DNA of 61,278 nucleotides from Polyangia bacterium (GTDB lineage Bacteria; Myxococcota_A; Polyangia; Fen-1088): NCBI GenBank assembly GCA_045802645.1, contig JBJMQQ010000052.1, positions 1 to 61,278 of the forward strand, read 5' to 3'. Shown piece by piece: positions 37,984 to 46,919 of this stretch (position 1 is its first letter; each line of letters starts with the position of its first letter). The notes under the pieces were generated by a model. It saw only the letters and a program-made list of their open reading frames with translations, ran no database searches and was not told where the DNA came from. The position numbers and the translations under genes were made by a program.

Positions 37984-39098
37984 TGCGTTACATCCATCAG
38001 CTAGCGGGTTGGCCGGATTTTCGGTGGGACGACGGTCAGTTAGCGCGGCGACTTGGCCCCGTGCGTCACCGGCAGGGGCGGCTCGTCGGGCGGATGGAGG
38101 CGCTTGGATACGATTTTCGGGCACACGCAACGCTCCGCGCGCTCACGGAAGAGGTCGTCAAGTCGAGCGACATCGAAGGAGAAGTCCTGGACGACGCCCA
38201 GGTGCGATCCTCGGTGGCGCGGCAGCTCGGACTGGAGGTCGCAGGCCTGATCCCCAGCGATCGCGAGGTCGATGGTGTCGTCGAGATGCTGCTCGATGCC
38301 ACGCAGAAGTTCGCGGAGCCGCTGACGGCCGACCGGCTCGCTTCGTGGCATGCGGCCCTGTTTCCGACCGGGCGCGCCCGGATGACGAAGATGACGGTCG
38401 GTGCCTGGCGGACGGATGCGTCGGGGCCCATGCAGGTCGTCTCTGGTCCCATCGGTCGCACGCGCGTGCACTTCGAGGTCCCAAGCGCGCAGCGGCTCGA
38501 CGCCGAGATGCGCGGGTTCCTCGAGTGGTTCAACGACGAAGGGCAATCCTTCGACCCCATCATCAAGGCAGCCCTCGCGCACCTGTGGTTCGTGACGGTG
38601 CATCCGTTCGACGACGGAAACGGTCGAATCGCGCGCGCGATCACTGACCTCGCCCTTGCTCGTTCCGAGCAATCTCCGCAGCGGTTCTACAGCATGTCGT
38701 CCCAGATCCGCGCCGAGCGAAAGACCTACTACGAGACGCTGGAATCTGCTCAAAAGGGGACTCTGGACGTCACCGAATGGTTGTTGTGGTTCCTGGCCTG
38801 TCTCGATCGGGCGTTCGACCGCGCCGAGACGATTGTCGGTTCGGTGCTCCAGAAGGCGCGGTTCTGGGAAGCGCACGGGACGGCGCCGCTGAACGAACGG
38901 CAGCGCGCGATCCTGAACCGGCTCCTCGACGGATTCGAGGGCAAGCTGACCTCGTCGAAGTGGGCGAAGCTCGCGAAGTGCTCGCAAGACACCGCGCTGC
39001 GCGACATCGACGACCTCGTCGCGCGCGGCGTACTGGCCAAGAACCAAGCGGGCGGGCGCAGCACCAGCTACTCGCTGGTCCTTCCACCGCGTCAGTGA
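37983..39098 (+). CDS. Fic family protein with DUF4172 N-terminus and C-terminal wHTH
   Basis: YIHQ..WP.FRWD, SSDIEGE, HPFDDGNGRIAR, CSQDTALRDI, GGRSTSY. Confidence 0.93.
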   Translation: MRYIHQLAGWPDFRWDDGQLARRLGPVRHRQGRLVGRMEALGYDFRAHATLRALTEEVVKSSDIEGEVLDDAQVRSSVARQLGLEVAGLIPSDREVDGVVEMLLDATQKFAEPLTADRLASWHAALFPTGRARMTKMTVGAWRTDASGPMQVVSGPIGRTRVHFEVPSAQRLDAEMRGFLEWFNDEGQSFDPIIKAALAHLWFVTVHPFDDGNGRIARAITDLALARSEQSPQRFYSMSSQIRAERKTYYETLESAQKGTLDVTEWLLWFLACLDRAFDRAETIVGSVLQKARFWEAHGTAPLNERQRAILNRLLDGFEGKLTSSKWAKLAKCSQDTALRDIDDLVARGVLAKNQAGGRSTSYSLVLPPRQ

Positions 39099-39997
39099 GC
39101 GAACACCAGCGATTGATGCGCTGAGATTCCGGCGCGTGCGCCGTCGGCGATCGCGTACGTGACGCTGTGCTGAGCGATCGCGGCGTCCCCGCAGGCGAAC
39201 ACGCCCGCGACGGTCGTCTCCTTCGTGCGGGGGTCCGTCTTGTAGATGGAACCGGTCGGCACGATCTCGGTCTCGCACCCCAGCTGTCGGGCGAAGTCGC
39301 CCGGCAATGAGGTCCGCGGCATCGCGAACAGCGCCGCTACGTGGTAGCGCCGCCCGCCATCGACCACCAGCTCCAGCCCGCCGGGCGCATCTCGCGCTTC
39401 GAGCAGGCGTTCGGTCTCGACGCGGATTCCCCGTTCAGCGAGGATCGCCGCCTCCGCTGGGTCGGGGGGCAGCGCCCCGGCGTCGACGAACAGCACCGTC
39501 TGCCCCGGCGCGCCCCATTCCGCGACGAGGGACGCGTAGTGCACGGCGTTCGCACCGGACCCGAGCACGCCCAGCTTCCCGCGATCGAGCTCGTACCCAT
39601 CGCAGTACGGGCAGTGAAATACGGTCTTTGCCCAGCGCTCGCTCAGCCCCGGGACGGACGGCATGCCGTCGACGACCCCGTGCGCGAGGATGAGTCGCCT
39701 GGCCGTTCGCGTCTCGCCGCCCGCGCCGACGGCAAAGCCGCCAGCGACAGCCCGGGCGCCGCCGGCCGGCGCGTCCAGCCAGCGCACGGTCGGGTACCGG
39801 AGCACCTCGGCTTTCGCCTTGGTCCAGATGGCGGCCGGCGCCGCGCCGTCGTGCCCCAAGATGCCGTGCGCGTGGGACACGTCGCGGTTGCGCCGCTGGC
39901 CGGCGTCGACGATCAGCACCTCGCGTCGCGCACGCCCCAGCTGCAGCGCCGCGGCCAACCCGGCGTAACTGCCACCCACGATGACGACGTCAATCAT
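39092..39997 (-). CDS. Thioredoxin reductase-like NAD(P)/FAD oxidoreductase
   Basis: IVGGSYAGL, FHCPYCDGYE, GVFACGD. Confidence 0.9.
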   Translation of the reverse strand: MIDVVIVGGSYAGLAAALQLGRARREVLIVDAGQRRNRDVSHAHGILGHDGAAPAAIWTKAKAEVLRYPTVRWLDAPAGGARAVAGGFAVGAGGETRTARRLILAHGVVDGMPSVPGLSERWAKTVFHCPYCDGYELDRGKLGVLGSGANAVHYASLVAEWGAPGQTVLFVDAGALPPDPAEAAILAERGIRVETERLLEARDAPGGLELVVDGGRRYHVAALFAMPRTSLPGDFARQLGCETEIVPTGSIYKTDPRTKETTVAGVFACGDAAIAQHSVTYAIADGARAGISAHQSLVFAH

Positions 39998-40565
39998 GGC
40001 GGGCGGTGTCGCAGCTGCAGTCGAGGCAGCCGTGTTCGGCGCACGTCCCGCACGAACGCGCGAGCTGCTTCCGCAGCGCCTCACGGGCGCGAAAGATCCG
40101 AACGCCCGCGTTGCTGGGCGAGATCCCGTTCGCCTCGGCGTAGTCTTTCACGGCGACCTGCTCGATCTCGATCCGCCGCAGGGCATCCGCGTACTCCGGC
40201 TTGAGCGTATCGGCCAGCCTGAGGATGCAGCCGCACGCGACGGCGGCGACCTCCTGCTCGGCCTCGCCGCCGCCCGCGTCCAGCTCGGCGGCGAACTGGT
40301 CGAGCCGCCGATCCGCCACCGTTTGCCGGCGCTGATGGTCGATGACGGCGTTGCGCAGGACCCGATAGAACCACCCGACGACCGACTCCCGTATTTCGTC
40401 GCCGCGCTCGAGGCTGCGTATGAACGCCTCCTGCACGATCTCCTCGGCCAGCGCGCGGTTGCCGACCCGCCGCTCGACGAAGCCGAGAAACTCCCGGTGA
40501 TTGGCGACCAGGACCTCGACCACCTGTGGCGTGACGGCGTCGGCGCCCGATGTCTCATCCTGCAT
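39990..40565 (-). CDS. CorE-like (ECF44-type) ECF sigma factor with Cys-rich C-terminus
   Basis: AEEIVQEAF, WFYRVLRNAVID, CGC linker motif, VRIFRAREAL, tail CGTCAEHGCLDCSC. Confidence 0.88.
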   Translation of the reverse strand: MQDETSGADAVTPQVVEVLVANHREFLGFVERRVGNRALAEEIVQEAFIRSLERGDEIRESVVGWFYRVLRNAVIDHQRRQTVADRRLDQFAAELDAGGGEAEQEVAAVACGCILRLADTLKPEYADALRRIEIEQVAVKDYAEANGISPSNAGVRIFRAREALRKQLARSCGTCAEHGCLDCSCDTARHD

Positions 40566-40576
40566 GCGGTTTGAAG

Positions 40577-40602
40577 TGTAATGCGACGACTCGCGCTGCG
40601 TC
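40577..40602 (+). promoter_or_regulatory. Putative ECF promoter TGTAAT-N16-CGTC
   Basis: -35/-10 ECF-like motif oriented toward the Cys-rich peptide gene. Confidence 0.6.
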
Positions 40603-40651
40603 TTCCTCATTGAGAGCAGGCAATGGAGCCGGCCTCGAAACGGAGAACGCC

Positions 40652-40822
40652 ATGGAAAAGCCGAACCAGAACTCGAATCCGAATCAGAACGACTGCCGCT
40701 GCCAGAACGCCTCGTGCGGGTGCGCCGGTGCCCAGCCGCAGCCGTGCACCTGCGGCGAGCGCTGCGACTGCACGCCCACCTGCCAGTGTGGCGGTGGCTG
40801 CAACTGCCAGAGCGCGAAGTGA
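40652..40822 (+). CDS. Metallothionein-like peptide (56 aa, six CxC)
   Basis: GGAGA RBS; MEKPNQNSNPNQNDCRCQNASCGCAGAQPQPCTCGERCDCTPTCQCGGGCNCQSAK. Confidence 0.8.
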   Translation: MEKPNQNSNPNQNDCRCQNASCGCAGAQPQPCTCGERCDCTPTCQCGGGCNCQSAK

Positions 40823-40827
40823 TGACC

Positions 40828-40862
40828 CAGGGAGGCGTGCCCGCCAGGGGCGCGCCTCCCTG
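40828..40862 (+). terminator. GC-rich hairpin after the metallothionein-like gene
   Basis: CAGGGAGGCGTGCCC-GCCAG-GGGCGCGCCTCCCTG. Confidence 0.65.
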
Positions 40863-41022
40863 CCTGCGGGCTCGGGATGCTCCCGGTGTCCACTGCCGGA
40901 ACCACGGGATTGCGCCAGGTTGCACGTTCTGGACGGGCGGCCGCACTGGCCGGCGAAAAAAGGCAACAAAGTTACCGAACCATGCACCAGCAGCGTGAGC
41001 CGTCGCCCTACTGGTAAGCGAG

Positions 41023-42804
41023 ATGTACACCGCCCCCCTCACGCATCGACTCACTGGACTGGCGCTGGCTTCGGCGCTGCTGATTGGCTGCGGCTACGGT
41101 TCCACCGGAACCGTCACGCCCGGCACCGGCGGCTCCACCGGAACCGGCGGTCGCGCGACGACAGGTTCGGGCGGCACGCCCGGGACCAGCACCGGCGGCG
41201 AGCCGGGAACGGGCGCGGGCGGCACGACCGGGACGGGCGGAGGCGCGGGGGGGATCAGCGGAACGGGGACTGGCGGCGCACCCTCGACGGGCGGCGCGGG
41301 CGGACGGGCGAGCACCGGCACAGGCGGCGCGCCGTCGACGGGCGGCGCGGGCGGACGCGCCACCACCGGCACAGGCGGCGCGGGCACGGGTGGCACCACC
41401 ACCTCTTCGGACTGGGGCACGCCGGTCGCGGGCGGCCCCTCCGGCACCGGCGTGACCGCGACGGTCACCGTGAACAGCGCCACGACCGTCGGAACCGTCA
41501 CGCCGGGGTTCGCCGGCTTCAGCTACGAAAAGACGCACCTCACGAACGCGTCGCTCATCAGCACGAACGCCAAGCTGATCGCGCTCTACAAGCTGCTCGG
41601 TGCGCCGCAGGTGCGCATCGGCGCCAACGACGTCGACGTCTGCACCTGGGGCGGCACGGGGACCGCGTCATCCACGCCGTCGGGGCAGCCGTTCACGCAC
41701 TCCATCAACACGGCGATGGTCGACCAGCTCTGCGGGTTTCTGCAGGCCACCGGGTCGCAGGTCATGTACGGCGTCAACTTCAAGGCCGGAAACGTCACGC
41801 CGTCGGCCGCCGAGGCGACGTACGTGATGAACAAGTGCGGCTCCAGCGTGTACGCGTTCGAGCTGGGCAACGAGATCAACAAGTACGACACCTGGGTCAA
41901 CCTTCAACAGCAGTGGGAGGCGATGGCGACGGCCGTCACGGCCATACCCGGCGCGGTTCTGGCCGGCCCCGGTTCGACCGGCGGCGGCTACTCCAGCTTC
42001 ACCGTTCCGTTCACCCAGTCGGAGGCCGCGAAGTTCGGGAACAAGCTGCGGCTGGTCACGCAGCACTACTACTCGTCGGGGGCGGGCTCCAGCAGCGCGA
42101 CGGCCGCGACGCTGCAGACGCTCAAGTCCGACATCGTGACGATGGCCGACACGGTCGACAGCGCCGCGACCAAGGGGAAGGTGCCGGACGGCTGGCGGTG
42201 GGGTGAGTGCAACACGTTCTCCGGCCACGGCCAGATGGGCGTCAGCGACACGATCATCTCCGCCCTGTGGTCGCTGGACTTCATGTACCTCACCGCCGAG
42301 CACGGCGGAAGCGGCGTCAACTTCCACGGCGGCGAGACGGGCATGGACGGAACGCGCCCCTTCTATTACGAGCCCATCGCCGAGGCGAACGGCGTGGTCA
42401 CCGCAGTTCAGCCGCTCTATTACGGCATGCTGTTGTTCGACCTGGCGGGAACCGGGCCGGTCGTTTCGACCAGCGTCACGTCGTCGAACGCGAACTTCAC
42501 GGCCTACGCGGTCAAGGGCAGCGGCTACACCAGCGTCGTTCTCGTCAACCGCCACGCGAGCAGCGGCGTCAACGCGACCGTCAACGTCGGGGCGGCGGTC
42601 ACCAGCGCCAGCGCCATCTACCTGCAGGGCACGCCGGCCGGATCGCTTTCGGCGGGCACGGGGTCGGTGACGCTGGCAGGCGCGACGGTCAGCACCGACG
42701 CCGTCTGGAATCGGGGCGCGCCGTTCACCCAGACCACGTCGGGAAACACGGCCACCGTTTACGTCCCGCCCGTCAGCGCGGCGCTCGTCCGCGTCGTCCC
42801 CTGA
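41023..42804 (+). CDS. GH79-like (beta-glucuronidase) lipoprotein with Gly/Thr linker
   Basis: FAGFSYE, VRIGAN, FELGNE, TQHYY, WGECNT, ALWSLD, GVNFHGG, PLYYGML. Confidence 0.85.
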   Translation: MYTAPLTHRLTGLALASALLIGCGYGSTGTVTPGTGGSTGTGGRATTGSGGTPGTSTGGEPGTGAGGTTGTGGGAGGISGTGTGGAPSTGGAGGRASTGTGGAPSTGGAGGRATTGTGGAGTGGTTTSSDWGTPVAGGPSGTGVTATVTVNSATTVGTVTPGFAGFSYEKTHLTNASLISTNAKLIALYKLLGAPQVRIGANDVDVCTWGGTGTASSTPSGQPFTHSINTAMVDQLCGFLQATGSQVMYGVNFKAGNVTPSAAEATYVMNKCGSSVYAFELGNEINKYDTWVNLQQQWEAMATAVTAIPGAVLAGPGSTGGGYSSFTVPFTQSEAAKFGNKLRLVTQHYYSSGAGSSSATAATLQTLKSDIVTMADTVDSAATKGKVPDGWRWGECNTFSGHGQMGVSDTIISALWSLDFMYLTAEHGGSGVNFHGGETGMDGTRPFYYEPIAEANGVVTAVQPLYYGMLLFDLAGTGPVVSTSVTSSNANFTAYAVKGSGYTSVVLVNRHASSGVNATVNVGAAVTSASAIYLQGTPAGSLSAGTGSVTLAGATVSTDAVWNRGAPFTQTTSGNTATVYVPPVSAALVRVVP

Positions 42805-42824
42805 CCAAGGTGCCGACCTCACCC

Positions 42825-44438
42825 ATGCCGTACCAAAAGCTGGCGCTGCTGCTCGCCTTCAGCGCCGTTCTTTTGACCCGCGGGGCCCGCGCCGCCGACA
42901 GCGAAGGCGATTCCGCCACCGACCCCGGGACCGAGCCGGCGAACGAGACGGCTCCCCAACGTTCGAAGCAGCTGGCGCCGCCGGTGCTGCTGCCTGCGCG
43001 TGAACAATCACCGGCCGAACCCGTCAACCCGTGGTTCGTGCGGCCACCCTTCACGATCACGGCCGGCCCAGCGTCCGACTGGCGATTGACGATCTACGGG
43101 TTCGCCGAGGCGGACGCGATGCACGACTCGACGCGCAGCTTCAACGACGGCCTGAACAACAACGTCGTGGCTCACGTGCTGACGCAGGCCAACCAGAACT
43201 CACGCACGCAGTACACCATCCGCAACAGCCGGCTCGGCTTCCGGGCCGAGGCGCCCAGCTACGGCGGCATCAAGACGTCGGGCGTGCTGGAGTTCGATCT
43301 CTTCGGCAATCAGCCCACCATCAACCCCGGCGGCGGCGCGCCCCAGCAGGCGCCCGGCAACGCGACGACGACGGAAGCCGCTTACTTCAACAACGCCGCC
43401 TTCCGCGTGCGCCACGCGTACGTGATCGTGCAGGACCCGATCGTCGACGTGCTGGCGGGCCAGACCTACTACCTGCTCGGCTGGCAAAATTACTTCTTCG
43501 GCGCGACCTGCGGCTTCCTGGGCGTCCCCAACGAGCTGTTCAACCGGACGGCGCAGGTGCGCCTCAGCCACACGTTCCAGACCGAAGCGGTGAACGTCGA
43601 CGTGGCGGCCGGCGCGTTCCGGCCCGCCCAGCGCGACTCCGAGATCCCCGACGGGCAGGTCGGGCTGCGGGTGGTGTTCAACCACTGGAAGGGGATCTCG
43701 ACGCCGGGAAGCGGCGGGACCACGGCGCTGCCGGCGGCGCTGGCCGTGTCGGCCATGCAGCGCGCCTTCAAGGTCGACCCGTACGCGCCGTTGCCGGCGA
43801 CGCCGATTCGCCTCCTTGGCTGGGCGGTCGCGTTCAACGCGCTCATCCCCATCATCCCGGCCAGGGACCCCACCGATCGTGGCAACGCGCTGACGGTGAC
43901 TGCCGAATTCGTGACCGGCACGGGCGACGCCGACCAGTACACCGGGATGACGGCCGGCGCGACGGTGCCGAACGTCTACCCGCTGCCGGCGGACACGCCC
44001 GTCAACTCGATGGGGGTCTCGGTCCCGCAGACCACGGGGTCGGCGCCGCTGGTGGGCGTTCCGTACCCGCCGAACGTGGACCCCGGGCTGGTGGCGTTCG
44101 ATTCGCACAACTTCCTGCACACCATCAACTGGGAGACGTTCCTGGTCGGCGTGCAGTACTACCTGCCGCCGACGGGCCGCCTGTTCGTCAGCGGCAATTA
44201 CAGCCGCGGCTACTCCAACAACATCGCCAGCCTGTTTCACCCGAACGCGATCACGCAGCCGTGGACGAACTCCTGGAACGTGTTCCAGTGGTCGCACTAC
44301 TTCGACGCGAACGTCTTCTTCGACGTGACGCCGGCCATGCGCGTCGGCGCGTCGTACCAGCGGGTCACGCAGGAGCTGGCGGATGACACGACGGCACACA
44401 ACGACCGTTTCGAGATGACGTTCCTCTACTTCCTCTAG
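42825..44438 (+). CDS. Putative outer-membrane porin (DcaP-like)
   Basis: Signal peptide; LTIYGFAEAD, NSRLGF, LEFD, RVRHAY, LAGQT; alternating beta strands; aromatic C-terminus FLYFL. Confidence 0.7.
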   Translation: MPYQKLALLLAFSAVLLTRGARAADSEGDSATDPGTEPANETAPQRSKQLAPPVLLPAREQSPAEPVNPWFVRPPFTITAGPASDWRLTIYGFAEADAMHDSTRSFNDGLNNNVVAHVLTQANQNSRTQYTIRNSRLGFRAEAPSYGGIKTSGVLEFDLFGNQPTINPGGGAPQQAPGNATTTEAAYFNNAAFRVRHAYVIVQDPIVDVLAGQTYYLLGWQNYFFGATCGFLGVPNELFNRTAQVRLSHTFQTEAVNVDVAAGAFRPAQRDSEIPDGQVGLRVVFNHWKGISTPGSGGTTALPAALAVSAMQRAFKVDPYAPLPATPIRLLGWAVAFNALIPIIPARDPTDRGNALTVTAEFVTGTGDADQYTGMTAGATVPNVYPLPADTPVNSMGVSVPQTTGSAPLVGVPYPPNVDPGLVAFDSHNFLHTINWETFLVGVQYYLPPTGRLFVSGNYSRGYSNNIASLFHPNAITQPWTNSWNVFQWSHYFDANVFFDVTPAMRVGASYQRVTQELADDTTAHNDRFEMTFLYFL

Positions 44439-44440
44439 CC

Positions 44441-44842
44441 ATGCGATCACACCTGACATCACGCGTACTGTTCCTGGCGCTCTGGGTTGCGATCTTCGCC
44501 GGCAGCGCGTCGTGCGTGAACGACCCCAACGCCTTCCAGCCCATCGCGACGGGCGCACGCCCCTGGTCGCCGCCTGCCGGCTGGGATCCCGAACCGGCCT
44601 GCTCGCCGGGCTACTTCGTGGCGATCGACAGCTGCGCAGGGTGCAGCGGCCTCTCGTACGCGCTGTGCGTCGGGAACTCCTTCGAGCAGTGCGCCTGCGG
44701 CGGCCCCTTCTCGCCCGGCGCGATGTGCCCGCAAGGGTTGCCGTGCGGCGAGAACGATTTTCCGCCCAGGAACTGGATCGAGTTCACCGACTACGTCGGC
44801 CCGGGCTGGGCCGGCCTTTCCATGAAGGGGGGCGACCAATGA
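44441..44842 (+). CDS. Small Cys-rich lipoprotein
   Basis: Lipobox-like SASC followed by 8 further Cys; tightly coupled to its neighbours. Confidence 0.7.
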   Translation: MRSHLTSRVLFLALWVAIFAGSASCVNDPNAFQPIATGARPWSPPAGWDPEPACSPGYFVAIDSCAGCSGLSYALCVGNSFEQCACGGPFSPGAMCPQGLPCGENDFPPRNWIEFTDYVGPGWAGLSMKGGDQ

Positions 44843-45321
44843 AGCGCGGTGTCGCCGGCGCTTGCCTGGCGCTGAGCTTGGTCGGGGGGTGCGGCTCGGG
44901 GTTGGGCGACGTCTTCGTCACGCCCACCAAGACCGTGACGCAGAATTCGTTCACGCAGGTCTACACGACCGTCCTGCACCCGAGCTGCAGCAACGACTAC
45001 TGCCACTACAACGGCGTCAGCGTCCGCTACAGCGCGCTCGACATGAGCTCGCAGGTGTACGCGTACTGGAGCCTGGTCGACCAGCCGTGCGCGGGGCCCA
45101 GCTGCTCGGCGATGGGGACGCGCGTCGTCCCGGGCGATCCCGACCGCAGCATCCTTTACCTGAAGGTCGCCGACACGATGGCCCCCTGCGGCGCGCGCAT
45201 GCCCGCGAACCAGACGATTCTGCTGACGAAGGGGACGTCGGAGTTCTCCGGCGTCGCCCTGCCCGACGACCAGCAGCAGCTGATCCACGACTGGATCGCG
45301 GCCGGCGCCCCCAACAACTGA
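44839..45321 (+). CDS. Lipoprotein with CX4CH c-type heme-like motif
   Basis: Lipobox VGGC; CSNDYCH, VVPGDPDRSILY.K, RMP, IHDWIAAGA. Confidence 0.7.
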   Translation: MKRGVAGACLALSLVGGCGSGLGDVFVTPTKTVTQNSFTQVYTTVLHPSCSNDYCHYNGVSVRYSALDMSSQVYAYWSLVDQPCAGPSCSAMGTRVVPGDPDRSILYLKVADTMAPCGARMPANQTILLTKGTSEFSGVALPDDQQQLIHDWIAAGAPNN

Positions 45322-45334
45322 GAGGCACGACGCC

Positions 45335-45667
45335 ATGTCCAGCACGCCCTTCGCCATCCCTGCCGCCCGGGAGCAGGTCGGCCGCTACCGCGGGGTCGGC
45401 TGCGCGCTGCTGTTTCTGGCCACGACGATCAGGCGTTCGGCGCGTTCATCGATCGCTTCGGCTCACGCATCGGTTACGCCGTCTGGAGCGCCGCCTGGAG
45501 CGCCGCGGCCATCTGTCACGCCGCCGTCGGCAGCATCGGCGGGTTCACGCTGACGCGGGTCGCGCTGGGCCTGGATCAAGTCCGTCGCGCTCTGGTTTCC
45601 CAAGCGCGAACGCGCGCTGGCCACGACGCTGTTCAACGCTGGCGCCATCATCGCGGCCAGCGGCTGA
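45335..45667 (+). pseudogene. Remnant of an ExuT-like hexuronate MFS transporter
   Basis: Fragments in different frames: GRYRGVGCALLFLATTI / GAFIDRFGSRIGY...TRVALGL / IKSVALWFPKRERALATTLFNAG. Confidence 0.75.
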
Positions 45668-45818
45668 GCGTGAGCGAGTTCGTGTTCGAGGGAGGCAAGC
45701 GTGCGCGTTGCGCGTGACGCGTGCAGAGGAGCACTCGCTTGCTTAGGAGCGCTCTCCGCCCACGCGAGCCGGAATGCCGCTAGACGCTAGCCACCCTCGA
45801 ACACGAACTCGCTCACGC
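45668..45818. mobile_element. 151-bp MITE/REP-like element with 35-bp terminal inverted repeats
   Basis: 45668-45702 matches the reverse complement of 45784-45818 with 2 mismatches; inner arms CGCGTG/CACGCG and GAGCACTC/GAGCGCTC. Confidence 0.6.
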
Positions 45819-45844
45819 GAGCCCTCGGGCTCACAGATACGGGG

Positions 45845-46330
45845 CTAGTAGCGGCCGGGGCGCGCTTCGGCGCGGTTGACCTTCAGGGGATGGCCGTCCA
45901 GCTCGACGCCGTTCGCTCCCTTGATGGCCTCGTCGGCGGCCGCCGAGCTCGGGTAGCTGACGAAACCGAAGCCGCGCGACTGGCCGGTCGATCGGTTCGG
46001 GACGACGATCGCTTCGACGACCTCGCCGAACTTTGCGAAGAAGGCGCGCAGGTCGGCCGCGGTGGTCTGCGGACCCAGGCCCCCCACGAACAGCTTCGTC
46101 GGACCAAAGTTCGCGCGTCGCGATTCCGACGCCACGGAAATGACGATGTCCTCCAGCTTGACCTCGGGGAGCGGCGGGGCGCCCTCCGTGGCCTCGGGAT
46201 TCATCATGTCGGGATCGATGCCGCGCGCCCGCAGGTCGCGGTTACGGCGAAGGCGCTCTTCCTTTTGCCGCTTCTTGAGGTCGCGGCTCGCCTCGCGGTT
46301 CCGCTTACCTCCGGAAAATGCGCGGCTCAT
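45845..46330 (-). CDS. RRM RNA-binding protein with basic N-terminal extension
   Basis: RNP2 KLFVGGL, RNP1 RGFGFVSY. Confidence 0.92.
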   Translation of the reverse strand: MSRAFSGGKRNREASRDLKKRQKEERLRRNRDLRARGIDPDMMNPEATEGAPPLPEVKLEDIVISVASESRRANFGPTKLFVGGLGPQTTAADLRAFFAKFGEVVEAIVVPNRSTGQSRGFGFVSYPSSAAADEAIKGANGVELDGHPLKVNRAEARPGRY

Positions 46331-46497
46331 TTGCCGGTCGGACCCGTCGTCGGGCGTCCGCGGCGCGGCCGGAGGGGCGCTGTCGCTGCCCAGTTCATCC
46401 GCCGCTTTGGCGCAGGCGGGCCATTGGGCTGTTCGGCATGTTGCCGTTCGGCCTGCTTGGCGATGATTGCTGCCCTCTTGTCTTCTGCCTTACCCAA
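46327..46497 (-). CDS. Possible 56-aa small ORF coupled to the RRM gene
   Basis: TTG start, MGKAEDKRAAIIAKQAERQHAE...; its stop overlaps the RRM ATG (ATGA). Confidence 0.35.
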   Translation of the reverse strand: MGKAEDKRAAIIAKQAERQHAEQPNGPPAPKRRMNWAATAPLRPRRGRPTTGPTGK

Positions 46498-46550
46498 GGA
46501 TGCTTCCGGTCGATGTCATCGTGCCTCCGCCATGAACCCGCCACATTGTA

Positions 46551-46811
46551 TCAGGTCAGCAGCCCGAGCTCGCGTCTTTCAGTCGCGGCCAGACAGGCCT
46601 GACAGTTGGCAGCCAGGCGCCACGATTCAGGATCGAGCGCCACGGCCACCTCGAATTCGAACATTCCCCCCTGCCCCGTCTCCCCGACGCGCGTCCCGCA
46701 CAGCGACCGCCACTTGGGCCCGGTATCTGACGGGCACCATCCTGGCACCCGCTCGGCCCGGTGGACGATGCTCTCGCTGACAACGGCGGCGTCGATCGCG
46801 CGAAAACTCAC
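46551..46811 (-). CDS. Possible small zinc-binding protein
   Basis: VH...SLCG...CQAC pattern; fills the gap between csp and the RRM gene. Confidence 0.4.
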   Translation of the reverse strand: MSFRAIDAAVVSESIVHRAERVPGWCPSDTGPKWRSLCGTRVGETGQGGMFEFEVAVALDPESWRLAANCQACLAATERRELGLLT

Positions 46812-46880
46812 GTGATCTGTATATTCACTGTCGCCGCCCTTGGCGCAAGCTCGACCGCGCTTTGGGTGGAAGGTTTAGGG

Positions 46881-46904
46881 GTGGCCCCCCATGAAGGGGG
46901 CCAC
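46881..46904 (-). terminator. Hairpin downstream of the cold-shock gene
   Basis: GTGGCCCCC-CATGAA-GGGGGCCAC. Confidence 0.6.
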
Positions 46905-46919
46905 TATTCGGCGCGACCT

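Noticed and set aside
37983-39098. Fic gene as a marker of a mobile island
   Set aside because: No integrase, tRNA, flanking direct repeats or marked compositional shift
41120-41400. Repeated GGC-ACC-GGC units (also 1-180, 5790-6030, 11640-11830, 50370-50660) as a possible CRISPR array
   Set aside because: They encode in-frame Gly/Thr linkers; no constant repeat with unique spacers and no cas genes
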